64,000 nt of DNA from contig DATLZA010000102.1 of the NCBI GenBank assembly GCA_035574235.1, positions 27,219 through 91,218 of the forward strand, given 5' to 3'. The stretch comes from Planctomycetota bacterium. Lineage in GTDB: Bacteria > Planctomycetota > MHYJ01 > JACPRB01. The translations under genes and the position numbers were made by a program. Of the stretch, positions 25,790 to 35,752 are shown in pieces (position 1 is the stretch's first letter; the number at the start of each line of letters is the position of its first letter). Below the pieces are notes generated by a model, which saw nothing but the letters and a program-made list of their open reading frames with translations, searched no databases and was not told where the DNA came from.

Positions 25790-26497
25790 TTACTCCGGGG
25801 TTCCCGCGCCCGGAGCCGAAGCCTCCTGGGCCTTCTTTTCGAGGGTGTCGTAGACTTTCATGAGCTCCAGCGCCTCCGGGGCGTCGGGGAAGTTCTTCAG
25901 AATCGCCAGCGCCTTCTGCCGCGCCAGCTCCCACATTTCCAGGTCCATGTAGGTCCGCACGTGCTGATACATCTGGGCGAGTCCTTTTTCGCGGAGCTCC
26001 CGCTGCTGATCTTCGCTCAGGGGCTCCGTCCGGGCCAGGAACTTGGGCTCCGCCTTCCAGCGGATCTCGTTGATGTTCCGGGCCACGAGTTCCGCCTCCC
26101 GCGTTCCGGGAAATTCCTTGAGGATGGCGTTGGCCTTCTCGAGCGCCAGCTCCCACATCTCGAGATCGACGTAGACCTTCATCTCGTGATAGAGGGACTC
26201 CAGGCGCCGCGGAGCGGGGGCACGGGATGGCTGGGGGGCCGGGGCCGCCGGAGGGGGGACGGCCTCGGGCGGACGGGCGGGCGCGGCCGGCCGGAGGGCG
26301 TCGAGGAAACCGGAAACGAGCGCGAAAAGCGCCGCGAAGAAGAATCCGAAGAGCGCGTGCCGGAGCGCCCCTTCGAGGCGGGGAAGGATTTCCGCGCGCG
26401 GGGCCGCCAGATGAAGCGCGGCCAGCGCTCCGGCTCCGACGACCGCGACCGTGCAGCCCAGCACGAGAGCGCCCTGAAAGAACGCGCGAAGGCTCAT
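25790..26497 (-). CDS. membrane-anchored protein with internal tandem ~40-aa repeat (TPR-like helices)
   Basis: N-terminal TMs; repeats YVDLEMWELALEKANAILKEFPGTREAEL / YMDLEMWELARQKALAILKNFPDAPEALEL. Confidence 0.5.
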   Translation of the reverse strand: MSLRAFFQGALVLGCTVAVVGAGALAALHLAAPRAEILPRLEGALRHALFGFFFAALFALVSGFLDALRPAAPARPPEAVPPPAAPAPQPSRAPAPRRLESLYHEMKVYVDLEMWELALEKANAILKEFPGTREAELVARNINEIRWKAEPKFLARTEPLSEDQQRELREKGLAQMYQHVRTYMDLEMWELARQKALAILKNFPDAPEALELMKVYDTLEKKAQEASAPGAGTPE

Positions 26498-26568
26498 GCC
26501 GCTAAGCTATCCGGAGGGAGCGGGGAAAGTCAAACAGCCCTTGGCTTTTCCCCGGCGGCGGGCGTAAG

Positions 26569-27723
26569 ATGGGCCCCCTCATGAAGCGCGGACGCCACAC
26601 GCTCGCCGTCCATTCCGCCCGCGAATTTCCGGGGCCCTCGACGCCGATCGCTCCTCCCCTGACGCTGGCTTCGGTCCACCGCTTCGGGGACCTCGAGAGC
26701 CTGACCGCGGCGTCGCGGGGCGAGGCGGCGCCGTGGGGATTCTATCGCCGCTACGGTCACGCGAACGGCCGCCAGCTCGAGGAGACGGTGGCGGCGCTCG
26801 AAGGGGCCGAGGACGCCCTGGCGTGCGCCTCGGGAATGTCGGCGGCGCTCGCGATCGTTTCGACCCTCGCGGGGAAGGGCGACCGGGTGGTGGCCGCGCG
26901 CGATCTCTACGGAGGGACACGGTCGTTCCTGGCGCGCGAGACGGCTCGACGGGGCGTTGGGGTGGAATTCCTCCCGCTGGAGGAGATCGAGCGGGGTGTC
27001 CCCGCGGGGACGCGGCTCGTCCTCGTGGAAACGATTTCCAACCCGCTGGTGCGGGTGGCGGATCTGGCGCGCGTCTCCAGGAACGCCCGCCGGGCGGGGG
27101 CGCTTCTCGTGGTGGACAACACCTTCGCCACCCCGTTTCTGTGCCGTCCGCTGGAATGGGGAGCCGACGTCGTCTACCACAGCGGGACGAAACTCCTCAA
27201 CGGCCACGGGGACGCCGTGAGCGGAATCGTGTGCGGGGCGGCGGGTCCGATCCGGCTCATGCGCAAGTTCGCGATTTCGGTGGGGGCGACGATTTCACCG
27301 ATGGACGCCTGGCTGACGCTGCGCGGGCTGAAGACGCTGGGCGTGCGGGTGGCGCGCGCGTGCGAAAACGCCGCCCGGATGGCGTCTTTTCTGGCTCGGC
27401 ATCCGAAGGTGATCCGGGTGCATTATCCCCGGCGCGGGCGCGTCCTGGGACGGCATCGGGGAACGATCCTTTCGTTCGAGCTTCGGGGAGGACTCCGGGC
27501 CGCTTCCCGCTTCTTTCGGGCCTGCCGCCTGATCGCGCTGGCACCGAGCCTGGGGGACGTGACGACGACGTCGTCCCATCCCGCGCGCAGTTCGCACGCT
27601 TACCTTTCGGAGGAGGAGCGGGCGGCGATGGGGGTGACGGACGGGCTGGTGCGCCTGTCGGCGGGCCTGGAGGACGCGGAGGATCTTCTCGAGGACCTGT
27701 CGCGCGCCCTTGCGAAAGCTTAA
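26569..27723 (+). CDS. Cys/Met metabolism PLP-dependent enzyme (cystathionine gamma-synthase/lyase family)
   Basis: YHSGTKLLNGHGD contains the PLP-lysine; overall trans-sulfuration family. Confidence 0.8.
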   Translation: MGPLMKRGRHTLAVHSAREFPGPSTPIAPPLTLASVHRFGDLESLTAASRGEAAPWGFYRRYGHANGRQLEETVAALEGAEDALACASGMSAALAIVSTLAGKGDRVVAARDLYGGTRSFLARETARRGVGVEFLPLEEIERGVPAGTRLVLVETISNPLVRVADLARVSRNARRAGALLVVDNTFATPFLCRPLEWGADVVYHSGTKLLNGHGDAVSGIVCGAAGPIRLMRKFAISVGATISPMDAWLTLRGLKTLGVRVARACENAARMASFLARHPKVIRVHYPRRGRVLGRHRGTILSFELRGGLRAASRFFRACRLIALAPSLGDVTTTSSHPARSSHAYLSEEERAAMGVTDGLVRLSAGLEDAEDLLEDLSRALAKA

Positions 27724-27735
27724 GGAGGACCGATC

Positions 27736-28104
27736 ATGGTGGAACCCGTTTCGCCCGCGCCCCCGCCGGCGGCCGCCGGGCCGATCGGCATCGAGGAATT
27801 CAAAAAGGTGGCCCTCCGCGTGGGCCGCGTGCTGGAGGCGGCGGAGCATCCCAACGCGCAGAAGCTCCTGGTCCTCAAGGTGGACCTGGGGGGCGGCGAC
27901 GTCCGGCAGATCGTCTCGGGGATCAAGCCCTGGTACGCGCCGGCGGACCTCGTGGGCAAGAACGTGATCGTGGTGGCCAACCTCCGGCCGGCCACGTTGC
28001 GGGGCGTGGAAAGCCAGGGGATGATTCTGGCGGCCACGTCGGGTTCCGAGGTCGTCGTCTGCACGACCGTCAAGGACGCGGCGCCCGGGAGCCCCGTGAG
28101 CTGA
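27736..28104 (+). CDS. tRNA-binding protein (CsaA/EMAP-like OB-fold, MetRS C-terminal-like)
   Basis: FKKVALRVGRVLEAAEHPNAQKLLVLKVDLGGGDVRQIVSGIKPWY matches the tRNA-binding domain consensus. Confidence 0.75.
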   Translation: MVEPVSPAPPPAAAGPIGIEEFKKVALRVGRVLEAAEHPNAQKLLVLKVDLGGGDVRQIVSGIKPWYAPADLVGKNVIVVANLRPATLRGVESQGMILAATSGSEVVVCTTVKDAAPGSPVS

Positions 28105-28117
28105 CGCCGGCCGCGGC

Positions 28118-29359
28118 TCAGGAGGGGCGCAGGCGGATCGTCGTCGTCCCGGTTCCGGTCGCGGTTCCCGGCTGGAAGAGTCCGGCGAGCGTCCGGAGGA
28201 TCGAGTCCCGGGTGAAGGGCTTCACGACGTAGGCGCGGGCGCCCTTGCGGACGGCGGCGAGGGCGGCTTCCTTGGAGGCGTCCCCGGAGAGGACGACCAC
28301 CGGGGAGGTCGTGTTCTCGCACAGCCAGGAGAGGAACTGGTGCTCGTCCGACGACGCCAGCCCCATGTCCAGGATCAGGGCGTCGACCTTCCGGTTTTCG
28401 CTGAGGAGCGCCATGGCCTGGGCGGCCTGTTCCTCGAGGACCTGGTAGCCGGCCTCGCGCAGAAGGGACGCGAGCGCCTGGCGGTACTTCAGCATGTCGC
28501 CCAGCAGGAGGATGGACCGCCGCTGTCCGGGAGGCACGGCGTAGGGAGAGCGGGGCGGGGCGCCCGGGCGCTGGGCGGGGAGTTTCGCGCTCGAATCGGC
28601 CTTGAGGTGAACGACGGTCGCGCCCTCGCGGTCCATGATCTTCACGTATCCCCGCGTGGCCAGGACGTACATGGCCCGGAGGGCCTCGAAGCGCGGGTAG
28701 AGCGACAGCCGCAGAACTTCCGAGACGCCGACGCGGCCGTTGATCTGGCTGTAGACGGCGCTCAGGAGGTCCGGATTCAGCCCGAGCTGATCGGGCGCGA
28801 ACGGCTTGGTGGTTCGGATGGGGATCATCGTCTCGTCGCGGATGACCTTGTGGATGACGGCGAGCTCGTCGGCCCTGCGGGCGGCCTCGAGCGCGACCGA
28901 GGTGGGGGAAGCGTCCACGGTGACGTCCGCGAGCGGAAAATCCTTGGGCTTGGGGGGCGGGGGGCCTTCCTTGAACTCGAAGCGGGCGGACGTCCAGGAG
29001 AAAAGATCGTAGATCTCCTCCTGCGCCTGCTCGCGGAGGGCGGCTTCGATGTCGGCCTTGGTGACGAGTCCCTGGCGGCTGACGAGCTCTCCGAGCCGGC
29101 GGCCCGTCTTCTGCTGTTCGAGGAGGAGCTGATCGAGCTGGGCGCGGGTGATCTTGCGGGTGCGGATGAGGATCTCGCCGAGGGAGCTCGTCTTCTTGCT
29201 GCTGGTGGAGATGAGCTGCATGCCGTCGGGGGAGATGTAGATCACCTTCTGGAGAGGGCCCTGGGTGAGGGTGAGGGTGCCGGAGATCTGGGCGTTGTAG
29301 AGGTGCTGGAGCAGATCGGCGAAGCTGAGGATCGAAACGCTGCCCTGGAGGTCGCCCAT
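28118..29359 (-). CDS. DUF4388 (PATAN-like) domain + CheY-like receiver response regulator (PatA-like architecture)
   Basis: N-terminus MGDLQGSVSILSFADLLQHLYNAQISGTLTL (DUF4388). C-terminal REC with phospho-Asp (ILDMGL), Ser (VVLSG) and Lys (VVKPF) present. Confidence 0.7.
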   Translation of the reverse strand: MGDLQGSVSILSFADLLQHLYNAQISGTLTLTQGPLQKVIYISPDGMQLISTSSKKTSSLGEILIRTRKITRAQLDQLLLEQQKTGRRLGELVSRQGLVTKADIEAALREQAQEEIYDLFSWTSARFEFKEGPPPPKPKDFPLADVTVDASPTSVALEAARRADELAVIHKVIRDETMIPIRTTKPFAPDQLGLNPDLLSAVYSQINGRVGVSEVLRLSLYPRFEALRAMYVLATRGYVKIMDREGATVVHLKADSSAKLPAQRPGAPPRSPYAVPPGQRRSILLLGDMLKYRQALASLLREAGYQVLEEQAAQAMALLSENRKVDALILDMGLASSDEHQFLSWLCENTTSPVVVLSGDASKEAALAAVRKGARAYVVKPFTRDSILRTLAGLFQPGTATGTGTTTIRLRPS

Positions 29360-29385
29360 GAGCGGTCCATTCTCCGGCAATCCGT

Positions 29386-30549
29386 TCAGTCCTTCAAGAC
29401 GTTTGCGATCCGCTCGACGAGAAGGTCCTCCCGGAAGGGCTTCACGAGCACATACCGCGCGCCGCACTGAAGGGCGTTGGCGATGGCCTGCTTGCTCGTG
29501 TTGCCCGACAGCACGATGAACGGCGTGTTCGTGCGTTCGCGCAGCCGGGCGCAGAGTTTCAGGCCGTCCTCGGTTTCCAGGGGGACGTCCAGAACCACGA
29601 CGTCCCCGGGGGACCGGTCGACGAGGTCGCCTTCCACGTCGGCGATGCGCCCTTCGATCGCGTCGTAGCCGGTGGAGCGCAGGCAGAGGGCCAGGGCCGA
29701 GCGGAAGGTCGGAAGGTCGCTGAGGATGAGCACCGTGCGTCCGCGGGCGGGCGCGCGCTCCTCGGCGGGCGTGGCGGGCCGGCGCAGGACGGTGTGGGGG
29801 GGCGTGAGGCCCTCGCCCCGGTCCCGGATCTTGATCACGCCGCGCTGGGCCAGGCCGTACAGGGTGCGCAGCACGGTGAACTTGGGGTAGAGCGACTCCT
29901 CGATGATGTGGGCCACCGTCCGCTCGCCGTCCACGAGCGGCAGGATGTCCTCGATGGCGTTGCGGTCGAGGCTGGGATCGTCCAGGGACGCCGGAAGCTC
30001 CAGGCGCTCGGCGATGAGGCGGGTGTCGGGAATCACGGACTGGATGCGGGCGAGCTCGTCCACGCGGCGGGCCGCCTCGATCATGATCGACATGACGTTG
30101 GCGTCCAGGAGGACGGACGCCAGCGGACCCTGGTCGGAGGGAGCCGCGCCGTCGCGGCTCTCCACGAACTGGAATCGCGCCTGCGTCCAGGTGAACAGAT
30201 CGTAGATCTCCTCGGCCACCTGCTCGCGGAGCGCCGAGTCGATGACGGCGCGGTCGAGGATCCCCCGGCGGGAGACGATCTCCCCGAGGGGCGTGCCCGT
30301 GCGGCGCTGCTCGGCCAGCAGCTCGTCGAGCTGGTCGCGGGTCAGCCGGCCGGCGCGAAGAAGGATTTCTCCCAGGGGGTTGGTGCGCCGGGCTCCGCTG
30401 ACCAGCCGGATGCCGTGATCGAGGAACTGGATGACCTTCTTCTGGTCCTCCTGCTCCAGGGTCAGGTAGCCCCGGCAATGGTTCATCGAGAGCATCTGGA
30501 GGAGGTTGGAGATGCCGAGGACGTCAACGTCTCCGCGGATTTCTCCCAT
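29386..30549 (-). CDS. DUF4388 (PATAN-like) + receiver response regulator, paralog 2
   Basis: MGEIRGDVDVLGISNLLQMLSMNHCRGYLTL plus C-terminal REC (VVLDVPLE, IVLSG, VLVKPF). 26-nt spacer to paralog 1. Confidence 0.7.
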   Translation of the reverse strand: MGEIRGDVDVLGISNLLQMLSMNHCRGYLTLEQEDQKKVIQFLDHGIRLVSGARRTNPLGEILLRAGRLTRDQLDELLAEQRRTGTPLGEIVSRRGILDRAVIDSALREQVAEEIYDLFTWTQARFQFVESRDGAAPSDQGPLASVLLDANVMSIMIEAARRVDELARIQSVIPDTRLIAERLELPASLDDPSLDRNAIEDILPLVDGERTVAHIIEESLYPKFTVLRTLYGLAQRGVIKIRDRGEGLTPPHTVLRRPATPAEERAPARGRTVLILSDLPTFRSALALCLRSTGYDAIEGRIADVEGDLVDRSPGDVVVLDVPLETEDGLKLCARLRERTNTPFIVLSGNTSKQAIANALQCGARYVLVKPFREDLLVERIANVLKD

Positions 30550-30554
30550 GGCGT

Positions 30555-31334
30555 TTACCCCGCCCGCTCGGAGGCGCCGGCGACGAGGATCGCCGCGCCC
30601 TTGCGGTCGCGGGCCTTGAGCTGGCCCAGGGCCAGGAGCCTGTAGATCGCGCGCATCGTGGCGAATCTCGGGTAGGGCGAGATCTGCGCCACCTCGCGCA
30701 GGGTCCGTTTTCCGTCCACCAGGGGAAACAGCCCCCGGGCGGCCTCGAGGTCTTCGCCCAGCGCCGAGACCGGGATGGACGTGGCGGCCCGCTGGAGGAC
30801 CATGTCCTCGTCGTGCAGGATCGAACGGATGCGCATGAGCTCGTCGTGCCGGCGGGCCGCTTCCATGAGAAGGGAGGTGACGTTCACGTCGAACGAGAGC
30901 CCGGCCAGCGGATCGGTGGCTTCCGCCCGCGCGGAGGGTCCCTCCTGGAACTCGAACGCCGCCCCTTCCCACATGAACATGTCGAAAATTTCTTCCTCGA
31001 TCTGCTCGCGGAGCGCCTCTTCTACGTCTTTCCGGGTGGCCTTGCCGGCGCGGATCGCGAGCTGGCCGAGCTTGAGGCCCTCGAGTTTCTGGCGGCGAAG
31101 GAGCGCCTCCAGATCCGCGCGGCTGATCCGGCGTTTGCGCAGGAGAATCCGTCCCACCCGGTTGATTCGCTTCATGGTCGAGGAAAGCAGGCGGATCCCG
31201 CGGGGACCGAAATGAATCGCCTTGCGCTCCATCTCCTTGTAGAGCGTGAGCGTGCCCTCCCTCCGGTTGAAGGACAGAAGCTGAAGGAGGTTCCCCAGGC
31301 CCAGGATGTCCACGTCGCCCTTGAGGATGCCCAT
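30555..31334 (-). CDS. DUF4388 (PATAN-like) domain protein, paralog 3 (no receiver)
   Basis: MGILKGDVDILGLGNLLQLLSFNRREGTLTL; 5-nt gap to paralog 2 and 3-nt gap after purN. Confidence 0.65.
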   Translation of the reverse strand: MGILKGDVDILGLGNLLQLLSFNRREGTLTLYKEMERKAIHFGPRGIRLLSSTMKRINRVGRILLRKRRISRADLEALLRRQKLEGLKLGQLAIRAGKATRKDVEEALREQIEEEIFDMFMWEGAAFEFQEGPSARAEATDPLAGLSFDVNVTSLLMEAARRHDELMRIRSILHDEDMVLQRAATSIPVSALGEDLEAARGLFPLVDGKRTLREVAQISPYPRFATMRAIYRLLALGQLKARDRKGAAILVAGASERAG

Positions 31335-31337
31335 CGC

Positions 31338-31955
31338 TCAGGCCCCTCCTCCGGGCGCGGCGGGGACTCCGAGGCGGGCCGCCACCCGGCGGATGGCCTC
31401 GGGATACGCTTCGCATTCGGCCTGGAACACCCGTTCGGCGAGGCTCTCCGGCGTGTCCCCGGGAAGCACCGGCACCTTCTTCTGCAGGATGATCGGTCCG
31501 TGGTCGTAGTGCTCGTCGGCGAAATGCACGGTGCAACCGGACTCGCGGGCTCCGGAGCGCAGGACCGCCTCGTGCACCCGGCGGCCGTAGAACCCTTTGC
31601 CGCCGAACCGGGGCAGGAGCGCGGGATGAATGTTCAGAACCCTTCCGGCCCACTTCGGGGGAAAAAGATAAAGGTGCACGAAGCCCGCCAGGAGGACGAG
31701 GTCGATCGGGTAGCGCTCCAGCACCTCGGTCACCGCGCGGCTGAAGCTTTGCGCGTCCGGATAGCGGCGGCGGGGGACGACCTCGGCGGGCAGGCCGTGG
31801 CGCCGCGCCCGCTCCAGACCCGGCGCCGCCGGGTCGCTCGACACCACGACCTCGATCCGGGCGGGAAGCGATCCGTCTCCGATGCGGTCGATCAGGTTCT
31901 GGAGCGTCCGACCGCCGCCGGAGATGAGGACTCCCAACCGAACCGGGGGACTCAT
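31338..31955 (-). CDS. purN: phosphoribosylglycinamide formyltransferase
   Basis: LGVLISGGGRTLQNL, NIHPALLP, HFADEHYDHGPII motifs; start taken at MSPPVRLGVL. Confidence 0.85.
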   Translation of the reverse strand: MSPPVRLGVLISGGGRTLQNLIDRIGDGSLPARIEVVVSSDPAAPGLERARRHGLPAEVVPRRRYPDAQSFSRAVTEVLERYPIDLVLLAGFVHLYLFPPKWAGRVLNIHPALLPRFGGKGFYGRRVHEAVLRSGARESGCTVHFADEHYDHGPIILQKKVPVLPGDTPESLAERVFQAECEAYPEAIRRVAARLGVPAAPGGGA

Positions 31956-32046
31956 GGGTCGAGCGTCGTTCTCACCGAGGGTCCGTTGTTCAGTATATAC
32001 CATAAGAAGGCGGTCGGGGGAACGCTCCGGACGCGCGGCCCGGCCC

Positions 32047-34785
32047 TCAGCTTCCCGCGATCACCGCCACGCAGCGGCCGCACAGCGTGGGATGGCGCGC
32101 GTCCCGCCCCACGTCCGCCCGGAGGTTCCAGCAGCGTTCACACTTGGGGTGGGGCGAGCGCTCCGCGTGGATGAAGAGGCCCTTGAGTTCCTCCGCCTCG
32201 CGGCCCGCGGGGGCGTCGGCGACGATCGCCTCCGAGACGATCAGGACCTCCTGAAGATCCACCGCCCGCAACGTCCGCGCCAGCGCGAGGTCGGCCGCGT
32301 GGAGCGTCACGCGGGCCTCCAGCGATTTGCCGATCGCGCCGGCGCGGCGGAGCCGCTCCAGCTCCCGGTAGACTTCCGCGCGGACCGCCCACACGCGCTC
32401 CCATTCGGGATCGGGCTCCCAGGGCCCCGGCTCGGGCCACCGCGCCAGGTGGACGCTCTCTTCGACGCGGCCGGGCATATAGCCCCACACCTCCTCCATC
32501 GTATGGGACAGGATCGGGGCGAACATCCGCGTCAACGCGTCGAGGATCTGGTAGAGCGCCGTCTGGGCCGAGCGGCGCTCGCGCGAGGTCCGGCCGGAGG
32601 TGTACAGCCGGTCCTTGAGGATGTCGAAGTAGAGCGCGCTCAGGGTGACGGCGCAGAACTGAAAGAGCTCGTGGTAGGCGCGGAAGAACTCGTAGCGCTC
32701 GAAGTGCTGGGTGACGCGGCGGACGAGCGCGGAAAGCTCTCCGAGCGCCCAGCGGTCCACGGGCAGGAGGTCCGCGACGCGGTCGCGGCCGGGGTCGAAG
32801 TCGTAGAGGCTCGCCAGCAGATAGCGGAAGGTGTTGCGGATCTTCTTGTACGGTTCGGCGCGCTCCCGAAGGATTTCCCAGGACATGGGAAGGTCGTCGG
32901 TGAAATCGATCGAGGCGATCCAGAGCCGCAGAAGTTCCGCGCCGATCTTGGACACCACCTCCTCGACGGGGATGAGGAAGCCGGATTTCGAAAGCTTGTC
33001 GCCGGTCCGGGCGTCCACGAGAAATCCGTGGGTGACGACCTCCCGGAAGGGGGCCTGGCCGTTGGAGAGGAGGCTGGCCAGGAGCGAGACCTGGAACCAC
33101 CCGCGGTGCTGGTCGGTGCCCTCGAGGTAGAGCTCCGCCGGGAAGTGAAGTTCCGGGTGTTTCATCGAGACGGCGCGGTGGCTGGCCGCCGACTCGAACC
33201 ACACGTCGAAGATGTCCTCCTCCTTGACGAAATCCTCCGATCCGCAGGCGCAGCGGGTTCCCGGGGGAAGGATGTCGCGGGGGGCGGTGGTGAACCACGC
33301 GTCGGCGCCGCCGCGGGCCACGAGCTTCTTGGCGGCGTCGAAGGTGACGTCGTTGAAGAGAAGCGCGCGGCAGCGGGCGCAGTAGAAGGCGGGGATCGGC
33401 ACGCCCCAGGAGCGCTGCCGGGACACGCACCAGTCGGGCCGGTCCTGGAGCATGCCGGAGATGCGGGTTTCCCCCCAGGAGGGGACCCAGCGGGTGCGTC
33501 GCACCGCTTCGAGCGCCGCCCGGCGGCCGTCGTTGTGATCGATGAGGACGAACCACTGCTCGGTGGCGCGGAAGATGACGGGCTGCTTGCAGCGCCAGCA
33601 GCAGGGATAGTCGTGGGTGAATTCTTCGTGATGGAGGAGGACGCCGCTCCGGCGCAGGTCCTCCACGATCCGCGCGTTGGCCTGGAAGACGTGCTGTCCG
33701 GTGTACCCGGGCGCTTCGGCCGTGAAGATGCCCGACTCGTCCACGGGGGAGAGGATCGGGAGGTTGTATTTGAGGCCCGTCTCGTAGTCTTCCGCGCCGT
33801 GGCCGGGGGCCGTATGGACGAGGCCGGTTCCGTCGGAGACGGTGACGTAGTCGGCCAGGACGACGGGGCATTCGTGCCCGTAGAGAGGGTGCCGGTACTT
33901 TTGCCCTTCGAGGTCCCGGCCGCGCACGGACCCGACCGTTTCCCCGAGCGGGATTCGCTTGCGCAGCTCTTCGAGCCGCTGGGGGGCGGCCACGGCGAGG
34001 CGGTCGCGGAATCGGACGATCGCGTATTCGAGGTCGGGGTGGACCGCCACGGCGACGTCGGCCGGGAGGGTCCAGGGCGTGGTGGTCCAGACGAGGAGAT
34101 CCGTTCCCGGGCGGGAGGTCATCTCGAAGGCCAGGTAGATCGAGGGAGAAGGGAGGTTTTTGTATTCGAGTTCGGCCTCGGCCAGCGCGGTGCGGTCCTG
34201 GAGGCACCAGTGGATCGGCCGGCGCCTCCGGGCCACGTGGCCTTTCTTCCAGAGAAGCTCGAAAACCTCGAGGATCGAGAGCTCGTACTGAGGGTCGATC
34301 GTGAGGTAGGGACGTTCCCAGTCCCCCAGGACGCCGAGGGACTTGAATTCGCGCCGCTGGACGTCGATGTAGGTGCGGGCGAATTCGAGGCAAAGGCGGC
34401 GGATTTCGGACTTGGGAAGGGAGGCGGCCTTGGGGCCCAGGTCCTTGACGACGCGATGCTCGATGGGCAGGCCGTGGCAGTCCCATCCGGGGACGAAGGG
34501 GGAATGGTAGCCCTGCATGGTCCGGAACTTGACCACGATGTCCTTGAGGACCTTGTTCTGTCCCGTGCCCACGTGCACGTGCCCGTTGGCGTAAGGGGGG
34601 CCGTCGTGGAGGATCCATTTCGGGCGGCCGCGGCGGGCGGCCTGGATTTTCGCGTACAGGTTTTCGCGTTCCCATCGCTCCCGGATCCGAGGCTCCATCT
34701 GCGTGAGGTTGGCGGCCATGGGAAAATCGGTCCGCGGGAGGTTGAGCGTGTCCTTGTACGGAGTGGAGCCCATGAGGGGAGACAT
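32047..34785 (-). CDS. ileS: isoleucine--tRNA ligase
   Basis: PPYANGHVHVGTG (HIGH-type motif), KMSKS-like region, C-terminal Zn finger (CERCW...CGRC). The ORF's N-terminal 280-aa extension was rejected. Confidence 0.92.
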   Translation of the reverse strand: MSPLMGSTPYKDTLNLPRTDFPMAANLTQMEPRIRERWERENLYAKIQAARRGRPKWILHDGPPYANGHVHVGTGQNKVLKDIVVKFRTMQGYHSPFVPGWDCHGLPIEHRVVKDLGPKAASLPKSEIRRLCLEFARTYIDVQRREFKSLGVLGDWERPYLTIDPQYELSILEVFELLWKKGHVARRRRPIHWCLQDRTALAEAELEYKNLPSPSIYLAFEMTSRPGTDLLVWTTTPWTLPADVAVAVHPDLEYAIVRFRDRLAVAAPQRLEELRKRIPLGETVGSVRGRDLEGQKYRHPLYGHECPVVLADYVTVSDGTGLVHTAPGHGAEDYETGLKYNLPILSPVDESGIFTAEAPGYTGQHVFQANARIVEDLRRSGVLLHHEEFTHDYPCCWRCKQPVIFRATEQWFVLIDHNDGRRAALEAVRRTRWVPSWGETRISGMLQDRPDWCVSRQRSWGVPIPAFYCARCRALLFNDVTFDAAKKLVARGGADAWFTTAPRDILPPGTRCACGSEDFVKEEDIFDVWFESAASHRAVSMKHPELHFPAELYLEGTDQHRGWFQVSLLASLLSNGQAPFREVVTHGFLVDARTGDKLSKSGFLIPVEEVVSKIGAELLRLWIASIDFTDDLPMSWEILRERAEPYKKIRNTFRYLLASLYDFDPGRDRVADLLPVDRWALGELSALVRRVTQHFERYEFFRAYHELFQFCAVTLSALYFDILKDRLYTSGRTSRERRSAQTALYQILDALTRMFAPILSHTMEEVWGYMPGRVEESVHLARWPEPGPWEPDPEWERVWAVRAEVYRELERLRRAGAIGKSLEARVTLHAADLALARTLRAVDLQEVLIVSEAIVADAPAGREAEELKGLFIHAERSPHPKCERCWNLRADVGRDARHPTLCGRCVAVIAGS

Positions 34786-34869
34786 CTTAATGAATGGTCC
34801 GGGGGGCGTCAACGCCGCCTCCGGCCGCAATCCTTTGCCGGGCGCCGGCGGCCGCGGTAAAATCCGCCC

Positions 34870-35661
34870 ATGGGCGCGGTCCCTCCCAAGGTGTACGCCC
34901 TGGCCGATTCCGTGGTGTACGGCCCGATGGCGTCGCGCCGCCTGGGCCGGTCTCTGGGGGTCAACATCCTTCCCTTCGGCGTCAAGGTATGCTCGTTCAA
35001 CTGCAACTACTGTCAATGCGGGTGGACGACGGATCTGGTGGACGCGGCGTCGCTCGCCCGGTATCGGTTCCCGAGCGCCCGCGAGGTGGGAGAAGCCCTG
35101 CGCCGCCGGCTGCCGGAGCTGAGGGCGTCCGGCGTGCGGGTGGACTGCATGACGATCGCCGGCAACGGAGAGCCGACGCTTCATCCGGACTTTCTCGACG
35201 TCGTCCGCGCCCTTCTGGCCGCGCGGGACGAATGCTGGCCCGGGCTCCGCACGGACATCCTTTCCAACGCGGCGCACCTGGACCGGCCGGACGTGGTCGA
35301 GGGGCTCAATCTTCTGGATGAGCGGTACATGAAGCTCGACGCGGGGACGGAGGAGCAGTTCCTGAACATGAACGCCCCGGTGATCGAGGCGGGGATCTGG
35401 GACGTGGTCCGGCATCTTCCGAGGCTGCGGGATTTCGTGGTGCAGGCGATGTTCACGCACGGCCGGCGGGACAACACGGACACGCGTTCGGTGGTGGCGT
35501 GGATCCAGCTTCTGGGGCGCCTGAAGCCCAAGGCGGTTCATGTGTACAGCGTGGATCGCGTCCCGGCGGACCCGAAGATCCGCCCCGTGGAGCGCGAGCT
35601 TCTGGAGGAGATCGCGCGGGCGCTGACGGCACAAACGGGGATCCCCGCGGAAGTGTTCTGA
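34870..35661 (+). CDS. radical SAM protein
   Basis: CSFNCNYC (Cx3Cx2C) cluster motif plus glycine-rich SAM motif. Confidence 0.7.
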   Translation: MGAVPPKVYALADSVVYGPMASRRLGRSLGVNILPFGVKVCSFNCNYCQCGWTTDLVDAASLARYRFPSAREVGEALRRRLPELRASGVRVDCMTIAGNGEPTLHPDFLDVVRALLAARDECWPGLRTDILSNAAHLDRPDVVEGLNLLDERYMKLDAGTEEQFLNMNAPVIEAGIWDVVRHLPRLRDFVVQAMFTHGRRDNTDTRSVVAWIQLLGRLKPKAVHVYSVDRVPADPKIRPVERELLEEIARALTAQTGIPAEVF

Positions 35662-35723
35662 CGGCCGGAGTCGGAGCGGGTCGGGAAAAAGAGAAGTGGA
35701 GGGTTCCCGGAAGCGCGGTCCTC

Positions 35724-35752
35724 TTGAAAGACCGCCTCGTGGGCCCTATACT
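35724..35752 (+). promoter_or_regulatory. sigma70-like promoter TTGAAA-N17-TATACT driving the korAB leader
   Basis: ctcTTGAAAgaccgcctcgtgggcccTATACTtacc. Confidence 0.45.
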
